Below are positions 53,958-63,439 of a stretch of DNA of 64,000 nucleotides, in pieces. The first letter of the stretch is position 1; each line of letters opens with the position of its first letter. The position numbers and the translations under genes are program-made. The notes beneath the pieces were generated by a model. That model saw nothing but the letters and a program-made list of their open reading frames with translations, was not told the DNA's origin and made no database searches. Where the stretch lies: IMG/VR virus record IMGVR_UViG_3300045972_000138, positions 62,001 to 126,000 of that record, one strand, 5' to 3'.

Positions 53958-56900
53958 CATTTCCATCAGATCTTATGCTTGTTCAAGGTGATACAACACC
54001 TTATTCATTGCCAACAGCAGGCAAGATTTTACTATACGCAAAAACAGACGGTACTTTTTACTCACTAAACTCCGTAGGTGTTGAAACACCTATCGGTGGT
54101 GGAGGTGGTGGATCTGGTACAGTTACATCTGTTAGCGTCATTGCAAACCCTTCACGTATTACAGCAACAGGCAATCCAATTACATCGAGTGGTTCAATTA
54201 CACTTGATCTAGCAACAACAGCAGTAACAGCAGGTAGTTATACAAACGCAAATATCACTGTTGATGCATACGGGCGTATCACCGCCGCAGCAAATGGCAC
54301 AGCAGGCACTGGTACCGTTACTTCGGTGGCAGGTACAGGTACTGTTAGCGGCTTAACGCTTTCTGGCACAGTTACTACGAGTGGCAGTTTAACACTCGGT
54401 GGTGCATTGACACTTACAAGTGATCAAATTACTACTGGCTTAGGTTTTACTCCTTATAATGCAACTAACCCAAATAACTATCAATCAGGTACGGTTACAT
54501 CAGTTGGTTTAACTGGTACTACTGATGTCACAGTTACAGGTACTTCGCCAATTACAACATCCGGAACATATGCATTAGCATTATCTAACACAGCGGTAAC
54601 GGCAGGCACATACGGTAGTGCTACTCAAGTTCCTGTGTTTACTGTAGATGGCAAGGGACGTATTACTGGTGTAACAAACACAGCAATTACTGGTGGCGGC
54701 ACAGTTACTAGCGTTTCTGTTGCAGGTGGTACAACAGGCTTAACATTTACAGGTTCCCCTATTACAACATCCGGCACTATTACGATGGCCGGTACTCTTG
54801 CTGTAGCAAATGGTGGTACAGGTGCAACTACTCAGGCTGGTGCAGCAAACGCAATATTACCTGCACAAACTGGAAATACTGGTAAGTTCTTAACAACAGA
54901 CGGAACTAATGTTTCTTGGACTGCCAATGGTAATGGTTCTGTTACTTCTGTTGGATTAACTTCTACAACATTAACAGCAACAGGTGGCCCTGTTACTACA
55001 TCAGGTACATTAAATATTGAATTACCAACAACAGCGGTAACGGCTGGCACATATACAGCAGCAAATATCACTGTTGATGCATATGGTCGTATCACGGCAG
55101 CAGCAAACGGTTCAGGTGGCGGTGGCGGCACAGTTACTTCGGTAGCAGGTACAGGCACAGTTAGTGGTTTGACATTAACAGGTACGGTTACTACAGCTGG
55201 AAGCTTAACACTAGGTGGTGCATTGACACTTACAAGTGGTCAAATTACTACTGGCTTAGGTTTTACTCCATATAACGCAACTAACCCATCCGGTTATACA
55301 AGTAATACAGGTACAGTCACTTCGGTTGCAGCCCTTACATTGGGAACAACCGGTACTGACGTAAGTTCTTCTGTTGCTACAGGCACAACAACACCAGTTA
55401 TCACATTAAACATTCCTACTGCTTCTGCAACAAACCGCGGTGCATTAAGCGCAGCAGATTGGACAACTTTCAACAGCAAAGGTAGCGGTACAGTTACTTC
55501 AGTCGGTGGAACAGGCACAGTAAGTGGGTTGACACTAAGCGGAACTGTTACAAGCACAGGTAATTTGACACTAGGTGGTGCATTGACGCTTACAAGTGGC
55601 CAAATTACTACTGGTCTTGGATACACTCCGTATAACGGAACAACCAACCCAAATAACTACCAATCAGGTACAGTTACAAGCGTAACAGGTTCTGGTGGAA
55701 CAACAGGTTTAACACTTGCTGGTGGTCCAATAACCACTTCCGGTACATTAACTCTTGGTGGTACACTTGCGGTAGCAAACGGCGGCACCGGTGCAACAAC
55801 AGCGGCAGCAGCATTAACCGCGTTAGGCGCATATCCTGCTACTAACCCAAATAGCTATGCTTCCGGTACAGTTACATCAATTGCAGTTTCTACAACACCG
55901 GCGCGTATTACAGTGTCTGGATCTCCGGTTACAACAACAGGTACCATTGCACTTGATTTAGCAACAACAGCGGTAACAGCCGGAACATATACGGCAGCTA
56001 ATATTACAGTTGATGCATATGGTCGTATTACAGCAGCAGCAAATGGTTCAGGCGGCGGAAGTGGTACTGTTACATCTATTGTAGCAGGTACAGGATTAAG
56101 TGGTGGCACAATAACAACTACTGGTACAATTGCATTAGCAAATACAGCAGTAACAGCAGGTAGCTATACGTTGGCAAGCATCACTGTTGATGCACAGGGT
56201 CGTATTACAGCAGCAAGCAATGGCACCGCAGGTGCAGGCACAGTTACATCAGTTGGTTTAACAGGTACCTCCGATATTACGGTAACTGGTGCATCTCCTA
56301 TTACTTCATCTGGTACTTTTGCACTTGCTCTTGCACCTACAGCAGTAACAGCAGGTTCGTATACTAACGCAAATATTACTGTTGATGCAAACGGTAGAAT
56401 TACAAGCGCAGCAAATGGCTCAGGTGGCGGTGGATCAGGTACAGTTACATCAGTTGGTGTAACTACTACATCTTCACGCTTAACAGTTTCTGGTTCTCCA
56501 GTAACAACAAGTGGTAACATTGCACTTGATTTAGCAACCACAGCAGTAACACCTGCTACCTACGGTAGTGCTACACAAGTTCCTGTAATGACAGTTGATG
56601 CGTATGGTCGTGTTACAGGTGTTACTAATACAACAATCACTGGTGGCGGTGGATCTAGTTCGCCTGAAATTGTAATATGGCAATATGATACTGGTTCAGG
56701 CGGCGCTATGACTGGTGCTGGCGGTTCTTGTTTTGTTTCACAGACATCGGGTGTTACAGCAACTATTACAAGTGGTGCAGCATGTACAACAACATACGCA
56801 TTTACTGGTAAATCAAATCCACCTAAATCTATTATGACTTATGCACAAAATACTTCTTCTAATAATTTCTTCTCGAAGGATATTACAGCATATAGTACAA

Positions 56901-57055
56901 ATGCATTTGTAGGTGGCGGCACAGTAGCATCGCCTGCAATTTTAACAAGCTTTACAGCAACCAACGTGCTTACATTAATACTTACACAAGGTGCAACCGG
57001 CGCTGTCGGCGGCCTTGGCTTAAGAGCATACTTGATGGTAGTATTCGGATTCTAA
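53954..57055 (+). CDS. Repeat-rich tail fibre-like protein, paralog of upstream gene
   Basis: About 13 G(T/S)VTS(V/I) and 7 TVDxxGR(I/V)T modules. Confidence 0.7.
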   Translation: MTFPSDLMLVQGDTTPYSLPTAGKILLYAKTDGTFYSLNSVGVETPIGGGGGGSGTVTSVSVIANPSRITATGNPITSSGSITLDLATTAVTAGSYTNANITVDAYGRITAAANGTAGTGTVTSVAGTGTVSGLTLSGTVTTSGSLTLGGALTLTSDQITTGLGFTPYNATNPNNYQSGTVTSVGLTGTTDVTVTGTSPITTSGTYALALSNTAVTAGTYGSATQVPVFTVDGKGRITGVTNTAITGGGTVTSVSVAGGTTGLTFTGSPITTSGTITMAGTLAVANGGTGATTQAGAANAILPAQTGNTGKFLTTDGTNVSWTANGNGSVTSVGLTSTTLTATGGPVTTSGTLNIELPTTAVTAGTYTAANITVDAYGRITAAANGSGGGGGTVTSVAGTGTVSGLTLTGTVTTAGSLTLGGALTLTSGQITTGLGFTPYNATNPSGYTSNTGTVTSVAALTLGTTGTDVSSSVATGTTTPVITLNIPTASATNRGALSAADWTTFNSKGSGTVTSVGGTGTVSGLTLSGTVTSTGNLTLGGALTLTSGQITTGLGYTPYNGTTNPNNYQSGTVTSVTGSGGTTGLTLAGGPITTSGTLTLGGTLAVANGGTGATTAAAALTALGAYPATNPNSYASGTVTSIAVSTTPARITVSGSPVTTTGTIALDLATTAVTAGTYTAANITVDAYGRITAAANGSGGGSGTVTSIVAGTGLSGGTITTTGTIALANTAVTAGSYTLASITVDAQGRITAASNGTAGAGTVTSVGLTGTSDITVTGASPITSSGTFALALAPTAVTAGSYTNANITVDANGRITSAANGSGGGGSGTVTSVGVTTTSSRLTVSGSPVTTSGNIALDLATTAVTPATYGSATQVPVMTVDAYGRVTGVTNTTITGGGGSSSPEIVIWQYDTGSGGAMTGAGGSCFVSQTSGVTATITSGAACTTTYAFTGKSNPPKSIMTYAQNTSSNNFFSKDITAYSTNAFVGGGTVASPAILTSFTATNVLTLILTQGATGAVGGLGLRAYLMVVFGF

Positions 57056-57056
57056 T

Positions 57057-59090
57057 ATGTCGTTTTTAAATATTCCACTGAAGTCTATAGAACTTAGCAT
57101 CACGCTTATAACACCGGTGGCTAATATGCCGTGGTATAATCCTAGTTTATTCCCAGTACCGCCTGGGAATCCTACACCAGATCCACAACAAAACCCATAT
57201 AGATGGTCTGTTACCTGCGATGTATCGCAGCAATTACAGAGTTCATATCAAACAAGACAACCGGGTGCATATAACGGGCAAGATATTTCTGTTGGTCAAT
57301 GGATTGCTAATACAGCAACAGGCGGCGCATGGCAAATTATAAGTGTGACAGCTAAAACAACAAATAGTATAACATTTATAGTACAAGATATTTACAGATA
57401 TAACACATTTAGAGATGTTACTCAACAAGGTGACGGATCTCCTCCATTGGGATATTATGTTGCATTCAATGTAAGTGATTCCGGTGTACCTGAAATTGAC
57501 CCTGTACCACCATCAGGTGTTTCAGCTAATTTCTTTACTAACTTGTTAAGCAGATTTGAATATATTAATCTTCAGTACGATTTCCCATTATATCAAACTG
57601 GTAATTTATTCCAACTTAACGATGTAGTGGGCACCAGCGCCGCAACCCACAGTTTTGTATTAGCATCTAATTCGTCAACAATACCAATTGGTAGAATAAC
57701 ATCTATATCAGATACTATAGGCGGTTGGTTTACATTTAATCCTGTACAGAAAATTACCGACTTTTTAGATACATTACCCGGCGACATCGGTGATATAATC
57801 TATACTGATCCTGCAAACCCTGGTGGGTTAACAACTACACCGGGTGGATCGCAGATTTATCTAAAAATTAGAAACAATACTCACTCTGTATCGGTTAGCA
57901 CTGTACCAGATGGTACAACTACTCCCGGTAATGTAGTTCAAATTAATGAACAAAATGCAACAATAGGCGGAACTGGCTCGCTAGATGACCTTGTATCTGC
58001 GGCATCGGCGGTTAGTTCTTTATCTGGAGTAACTGCAACTAAAGTATTACAGCCATCATCGGTATCTACTAACATATCATTAATATCACCTACATATGGT
58101 GAACCAGTGCTGAATATTACTATGCCATATGCTACAGCATATATTAACGGTACACTGGTAACATTTAATATTGGCTCAACAGATGCGGGATATGCAGGAT
58201 ATGCTAGAACCGACAATATGGCAACATCTATCAATAATGCGGCTATACCCAATATTATTGCTACAAGTACATCGAGTGTACTAACGTTAACAAATAGTGC
58301 CGGTACAGCAATTACAATAGTTAACGGACAGGCCGATATTAATAGCGTATATTTTGCAGGCACTGCATCGGGCTCAGGCTTAGCAAATAGTACATCGGCA
58401 TCTACGCAGTATATAGCTAGATTCGAAGCAGTTGACTCACGTCCGATTGACTTCTTAGATGTAACAGGATCGCCGTCTGGTGATTATGGATTAATATCCG
58501 TTGAAAACGGAGTAAAAGCCTGCGGTATGTATATTGCCGAAGGTATAAGAACAACAACATCGGTTGTAGTAGCAAATCTTGCAGCGTTGGCAGGACTTAC
58601 ACCGTATGTTGGAGATCAGGCATATGTTATCGATAGCGCAGATGCTAACGGTAATAATGTCGGAGAATGGAGTATGTGGTTATATAATGGTTCTGTCTGG
58701 CAAGAAACAAGCAACCAAGATAGTGCAACTACAGACGCAAAGTCGTTGGAATATACCCTTACAACGGCCAGCTCAGCGTCGATAAATATTGGGCAGATAA
58801 GCACAGGACGTAGAGTAACATTGATAACAGTGGAAGTAACAGTACCATTTAATATGGCATCATTATTAGAAATTGGTTACCAAGTGTACAACCCGTCTAG
58901 TCCGCCACCGGTGTCCTCAGGTTTGATGACAACAGATCTTATTGATCTGACAGTAGCAGGAACTTACACAACAACGACAGACATACTATTTGGTACAGAT
59001 ACATTGCAAGGGGACGTAGAAATCACAGCGTCATTTACGAAGGCATCAGCATCGGTTGGGTCAGCGCAAATCATTGTATCTTATGTGTGA
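57057..59090 (+). CDS. Putative virion structural protein
   Basis: Late block; beta-rich, T/S/G-rich. Confidence 0.6.
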   Translation: MSFLNIPLKSIELSITLITPVANMPWYNPSLFPVPPGNPTPDPQQNPYRWSVTCDVSQQLQSSYQTRQPGAYNGQDISVGQWIANTATGGAWQIISVTAKTTNSITFIVQDIYRYNTFRDVTQQGDGSPPLGYYVAFNVSDSGVPEIDPVPPSGVSANFFTNLLSRFEYINLQYDFPLYQTGNLFQLNDVVGTSAATHSFVLASNSSTIPIGRITSISDTIGGWFTFNPVQKITDFLDTLPGDIGDIIYTDPANPGGLTTTPGGSQIYLKIRNNTHSVSVSTVPDGTTTPGNVVQINEQNATIGGTGSLDDLVSAASAVSSLSGVTATKVLQPSSVSTNISLISPTYGEPVLNITMPYATAYINGTLVTFNIGSTDAGYAGYARTDNMATSINNAAIPNIIATSTSSVLTLTNSAGTAITIVNGQADINSVYFAGTASGSGLANSTSASTQYIARFEAVDSRPIDFLDVTGSPSGDYGLISVENGVKACGMYIAEGIRTTTSVVVANLAALAGLTPYVGDQAYVIDSADANGNNVGEWSMWLYNGSVWQETSNQDSATTDAKSLEYTLTTASSASINIGQISTGRRVTLITVEVTVPFNMASLLEIGYQVYNPSSPPPVSSGLMTTDLIDLTVAGTYTTTTDILFGTDTLQGDVEITASFTKASASVGSAQIIVSYV

Positions 59091-59104
59091 TAAATGATAA
59101 GTTA

Positions 59105-59112
59105 GATAAATA
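59105..59112 (+). promoter_or_regulatory. Late promoter box GATAAATA
   Basis: Followed by AAGCC-ACAAU-GGCUU hairpin and AGGAG. Confidence 0.65.
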
Positions 59113-59158
59113 ACAGGTAAGAAAGCCACAATGGCTTCACAACTAGGAGATTCTTAAA

Positions 59159-62100
59159 ATGGCAGACGTAAAAAATTTCGGTCTTATTGGCGTAGGTAGT
59201 TCGCTACAGTTCAGTAAAGGCGGAGCAAAGCTTGTAAACAATGCAGGCACATTCAATTTCAAGGCAGCTAACGGTACAACAGATTCGGCGGCAACAGCTT
59301 CGGCTCTTACAGCTACAACTGGCGACCTTACAGCTACGCTTGGTAATTTAGCATTATCGGCAACTGGCGCTACAATTAGCGTTGCTGGCGATACAACATT
59401 AAGCCGTCAAGGCGCTGGTGTATTCCAGTTCGACGGTTCCGGTGCATTTATTGCTCCAGTAGGCGGTTCCGGTTCACGCCCAACAGGCGCAACAGGTATG
59501 GTCCGTGTTAATAACGACACACCAGCAACATCTATCGTTGAATACTTCAACGGTACAGTTTGGATGCCTTTAGCAACAGGCGGTTCTGCATCAACATTGC
59601 AAGCCGAAGTTGACGCTATCGAAGCATCGTTAGGTGCAGCGGTTAATGCTGATGGTACATACAACATGGCTGGTTTCACAAACGTTACTGGTGTATTAAT
59701 TGACCCAACAAGCTTTACAAACGCAATTCAACAAATTGCTGACGTTGTAAGCACAGATAACAACCTTAATGAAATTTTCCCTTCCACAGCAGCTGGAAAC
59801 GTAATCTTTTCAAATGGTTCTAACGTATGGGCACAGGCAGCACCTGGTGCAACTTCTGGCGTTCAAGCATATGATGCTGGTTTAACAGCTTTAGCAGCTA
59901 AGACATCAACAGGTTATATGGTTCAGACTGGTGCTGATACATATACTTCTGTAGAACTTGCAGTTTCCGGTGGTTTAACAGTTTCCGACCCGTTCGGTCT
60001 TGCTGGTACAACAACATTCGGTACAACAGGTAACCTTGCACAACTTAATGCATTCGCTGGTACAGGTATTGTTTCTCGCGCAACAGACGGTACATTAGCT
60101 GGTCGTACAATTACTTCCACGGCAACAGGTATTTCGTTTACAAATGGCGATGGCGTAGCTGGTGCTCCAACACTTAATGTTACTGGTAACATGCTACAAC
60201 TTGATGGCTTGTCCACAGTTGGTTTCGTAGTTCGCCACACAGATGGTACATTGTCTACAGAATCTATTACAGGTACAACAGGTAATATCGTTGTAACAAA
60301 TGGTGATGGCGACACAACATCGGCAACAATCGACCTTGCAGCAGTTACACAAGCAGCTACAGGTTCTTTTGTTAAGGTTACACTTGATGGTTTCGGTCGT
60401 GTTACAGGTAACACAGCAGTAACAACATCTGACATCACAACTCTTGTTGATGGTACATATGTAAACACAACTGGCGATACAATGTCCGGTAACTTGACAA
60501 TGTCCAGTGGTGCAACAGTAACTGGTCTTCCAGATCCAGTTAATGCTTCTGATGCGGCAAACAAGGCGTATGTTGACAATGCAGTTTCTGGCTTATCTTG
60601 GAAAGATGCAGTTGAAGTTTTATCTCCAACAAACGTTGTTCTTGCTGGTAACTCTAGCTTAGTCGATGGTGTAACACTTGTTACAGGTAATCGCGTATTG
60701 TTAACAGGTCAAACAAATCCAGCTGAAAACGGTATCTACGTTGCAACAGTATCTGGCGTAACAGCAACATTTGCTCGTTCAGCTGATGCATCAACACCTG
60801 CATCACTTTCTGGTGCAGCAGTATTCGTTACAGAAGGTACAGTAGCTAATACAGGTTGGACACAAACAGTTGATCCACTTACAAGCTTTGCTACACAGAC
60901 TTGGGCTCAGTTCTCTGGTTCTGGTGCTTATAGCGGTGCTGGTGCAGTTAGTGTTTCTGGTACAACAATTTCTGTCGTATCTGGCGATGGTTTATCACAA
61001 GCTGGTGGTACATTAGCCGTTACAACAACATCTGGTAATGCAGTTCAGTTACAAGGTACATCACCAAACAAGACAGTTGGTTTGTTACTTGATACAGGTT
61101 CTGGTTTAGCACAATCTGCTACAGGTCTTACAATTGCTCCAGCTGGTGTTACAAATGCAATGCTTGCAAACAGCACATTAACATTGGATGGCGATACAGG
61201 TACTGGTACAGCTACATTAGGTGGTACACTTGACGTTAAGGGTACATCCGGCCAAGGCATTATCACTTCTGTCACTGGTTCTTCGTACACAATTACTGCT
61301 GCCGACGCTTCTGCTAGCCAGAGGGGTGTTGCAACATTCAACGCTGCAAGTTTCGCAACTACAGCTGGTGATGTTACAATTAAGGCAGCTGGTGTTACAA
61401 ATACACAACTTGTAAACAGTACACTTACATTGGCTGCTAACAGCGGTACAGGTACAGTTGCACTTGGTTCGACATTAACAATCAGCAGCGCAGACAGCGC
61501 AATTACAGCTACAGCTTCCGCTGGTGCAGTTTCGTTACAACTTAACACAGTTGACGTAGCACACGGTGGAACTGGTGCTACAAGCTTTGTTGCTAACGAA
61601 TTGATTTTCGGTAACGGTACTGGTGCTCTTGCACAAGACTCGAACTTATCATATGCATTAGTTGGCGCTGGCCTTGTTCCTACATTAACAGTTGGTTCAA
61701 CAACAATTGGTAACTCCGATCCGTTCGGTAACTCCATGATTTCCGCTACAGCTACAAACGGCGATTTAGTGCTTATGCCTAACGGTACAGGTTCTGTTGT
61801 TGTTGGCCCAGTTGGTGCTGGCTTAATCCAGTCCGACGCAGGTACAGCGTTAACAGTTCGTGGTAACCTTGGTTTAACATTAAGCGGTGGTTCTACAGGC
61901 GGCGTTGGTCAATACGGTATTTCCGTAGTTATCCCAGCTGGTACAAGCTCGGCAACAAAGGTAAGCATCTCTGGCCCAACAGCTACTGATTATGCTACAA
62001 ACCTTGGTGCTAATGACTTAACCAACAAGCAATATGTTGATCAAGCTATTGCTTCTGGTGCTTCTGCTGGTGCTATCAAGGCGTTCCAGGTAGTAGTTCC

Positions 62101-62410
62101 GTTGAATGCTAACGGTACAACAAACATTCCTATGCCAACTGGTTCTATGCCAGCTGGTGCAACAGTTCTTTCTGTTAAGGTTAATGTTACAACAATTGAC
62201 TCGGGTGCTACAATGTCCGTTGGTAAGACAGGCGCAGTTGCAGCTTACATGACAACAACAGAAAACGATCCACAAACACAAGGTTTGTATGTTTCTGAAT
62301 GCTTCGTAACAGAAGCTACAGCTACACAGTTGACAGCCACAGTTGCTGCATCTTCTGGTATTGGTTCTGGTTCTGCAGTTGTTATTGTTCAGTATCAAGT
62401 AGCTCAGTAA
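59159..62410 (+). CDS. Putative virion structural/fibre protein
   Basis: 1083 aa; DAANKAYVD fibre motif, GLSWKDAVEV, RVLLTGQTNPAENGIYV; MADVKNFGL start. Confidence 0.7.
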   Translation: MADVKNFGLIGVGSSLQFSKGGAKLVNNAGTFNFKAANGTTDSAATASALTATTGDLTATLGNLALSATGATISVAGDTTLSRQGAGVFQFDGSGAFIAPVGGSGSRPTGATGMVRVNNDTPATSIVEYFNGTVWMPLATGGSASTLQAEVDAIEASLGAAVNADGTYNMAGFTNVTGVLIDPTSFTNAIQQIADVVSTDNNLNEIFPSTAAGNVIFSNGSNVWAQAAPGATSGVQAYDAGLTALAAKTSTGYMVQTGADTYTSVELAVSGGLTVSDPFGLAGTTTFGTTGNLAQLNAFAGTGIVSRATDGTLAGRTITSTATGISFTNGDGVAGAPTLNVTGNMLQLDGLSTVGFVVRHTDGTLSTESITGTTGNIVVTNGDGDTTSATIDLAAVTQAATGSFVKVTLDGFGRVTGNTAVTTSDITTLVDGTYVNTTGDTMSGNLTMSSGATVTGLPDPVNASDAANKAYVDNAVSGLSWKDAVEVLSPTNVVLAGNSSLVDGVTLVTGNRVLLTGQTNPAENGIYVATVSGVTATFARSADASTPASLSGAAVFVTEGTVANTGWTQTVDPLTSFATQTWAQFSGSGAYSGAGAVSVSGTTISVVSGDGLSQAGGTLAVTTTSGNAVQLQGTSPNKTVGLLLDTGSGLAQSATGLTIAPAGVTNAMLANSTLTLDGDTGTGTATLGGTLDVKGTSGQGIITSVTGSSYTITAADASASQRGVATFNAASFATTAGDVTIKAAGVTNTQLVNSTLTLAANSGTGTVALGSTLTISSADSAITATASAGAVSLQLNTVDVAHGGTGATSFVANELIFGNGTGALAQDSNLSYALVGAGLVPTLTVGSTTIGNSDPFGNSMISATATNGDLVLMPNGTGSVVVGPVGAGLIQSDAGTALTVRGNLGLTLSGGSTGGVGQYGISVVIPAGTSSATKVSISGPTATDYATNLGANDLTNKQYVDQAIASGASAGAIKAFQVVVPLNANGTTNIPMPTGSMPAGATVLSVKVNVTTIDSGATMSVGKTGAVAAYMTTTENDPQTQGLYVSECFVTEATATQLTATVAASSGIGSGSAVVIVQYQVAQ

Positions 62411-62451
62411 GCTAATTAACTAACTTAGAAATAAGTTAGTTTAAAATATGG

Positions 62452-62479
62452 GCCTCTATAGAAATGTAGGGGCTTTTTT
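62452..62479 (+). terminator. Intrinsic terminator
   Basis: GCCTCTATA-GAAA-TGTAGGGGC-TTTTTT. Confidence 0.75.
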
Positions 62480-62492
62480 AATGGCTATTTTT

Positions 62493-62500
62493 GATAAATA
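62493..62500 (+). promoter_or_regulatory. Late promoter box GATAAATA
   Basis: Upstream of AGGAG and ATG 62520. Confidence 0.65.
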
Positions 62501-62519
62501 TTGGAATAGGAGAAATATT

Positions 62520-62870
62520 ATGAATTTTATTAAAAGAGTGATGAATGATTGGTTTACTGGCCCAGATGGTGAAACACACGATCCAGCTAGATTTTTGTGG
62601 TTTCTTGGTGTTCTAGCATTATTGGTATATACTGGTTTTGACATAGCAAGACACGATAAACTTAATTTAGAAGAATTTGCATTTGCATATAGTAGTTTGT
62701 TAGCAGCAGGTGCGGCAGGTGTTAGAATCAAAGAAACATCTGAACCAAAAGGAGTCGTACCACCGATCCCGGTTGTTCCTGCAGTACCTACTAAACCAGC
62801 GTCGGCACCTGCAGTTCCCGTATCGGCAACAGATGACGACGATGATATGCCACGCCCACCAAAAGGTTAA
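62520..62870 (+). CDS. Small two-TM membrane protein, holin candidate
   Basis: Late; two hydrophobic segments and Pro-rich/acidic tail; start reassigned. Confidence 0.5.
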   Translation: MNFIKRVMNDWFTGPDGETHDPARFLWFLGVLALLVYTGFDIARHDKLNLEEFAFAYSSLLAAGAAGVRIKETSEPKGVVPPIPVVPAVPTKPASAPAVPVSATDDDDDMPRPPKG

Positions 62871-62893
62871 TTTTTACCGTATTTAACACGGTT

Positions 62894-62910
62894 ATGTTGC
62901 AATGCAGCAT
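62894..62910. promoter_or_regulatory. PhaR-like palindrome
   Basis: ATGTTGCAATGCAGCAT; 14/17 match to reverse complement of 34047-34063; abuts CATAAATA. Confidence 0.5.
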
Positions 62911-63000
62911 AAATAATATTACAATGCAATTAACACTGTGTTCATGGTGAAACAGTGTTAGCATTATAACAAGTGGCCACAATGGCACAAAGGAAATATT

Positions 63001-63363
63001 ATGACAACATTTACACAACCTATCGATTTTTACAACTACGCAGCAAGCTTCTACAAGTCCTTGCCAAAGACCGTAGCAGAAGGTAAAGAAGTACTTGAAA
63101 AAGTACAAGCAGTAATCACTACTGAATCCAACAACGTACAAGCCACAGTGAAGGCATACACTGCCGCAGCTAAGAGCTCTACTCCTCTTAAGGATTTTGA
63201 TACAGCAAATAAAAAGGCCGCAGAATTAGTTAAGACAGCAACATTTGCATCTATAGTTGCTATGCCTGGCGCTCTTTTTGTTCTTCCTCTTGTAGTTGAA
63301 AAAGCAAAAGAATTCAAAATTGATCTTGTTCCTGCATCTGTTGCAGCACAGTTCAGCATCTAA
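63001..63363 (+). CDS. Ala/Lys-rich helical protein, phasin-like candidate
   Basis: RBS AAGGA; amphipathic helices, hydrophobic IVAMPGALFVLPLVV; long structured leader. Confidence 0.6.
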   Translation: MTTFTQPIDFYNYAASFYKSLPKTVAEGKEVLEKVQAVITTESNNVQATVKAYTAAAKSSTPLKDFDTANKKAAELVKTATFASIVAMPGALFVLPLVVEKAKEFKIDLVPASVAAQFSI

Positions 63364-63402
63364 TTAGTGTGTTGATATAACACAATATTAGTGTGATAGT
63401 AT

Positions 63403-63423
63403 AAGGCCCTTCGGGGCCTTTCT
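63403..63423 (+). terminator. Intrinsic terminator
   Basis: AAGGCCC-TTCG-GGGCCTT-TT. Confidence 0.8.
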
Positions 63424-63426
63424 TGT

Positions 63427-63434
63427 GATAAATA
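63427..63434 (+). promoter_or_regulatory. Late promoter box GATAAATA
   Basis: 5 nt upstream of ATG 63440. Confidence 0.65.
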
Positions 63435-63439
63435 CTTGT

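Noticed and set aside
51437-62398. Many long minus-strand ORFs opposite the fibre genes
   Set aside because: Antisense shadows caused by Thr/Gly/Val codon bias; no RBS or promoters.
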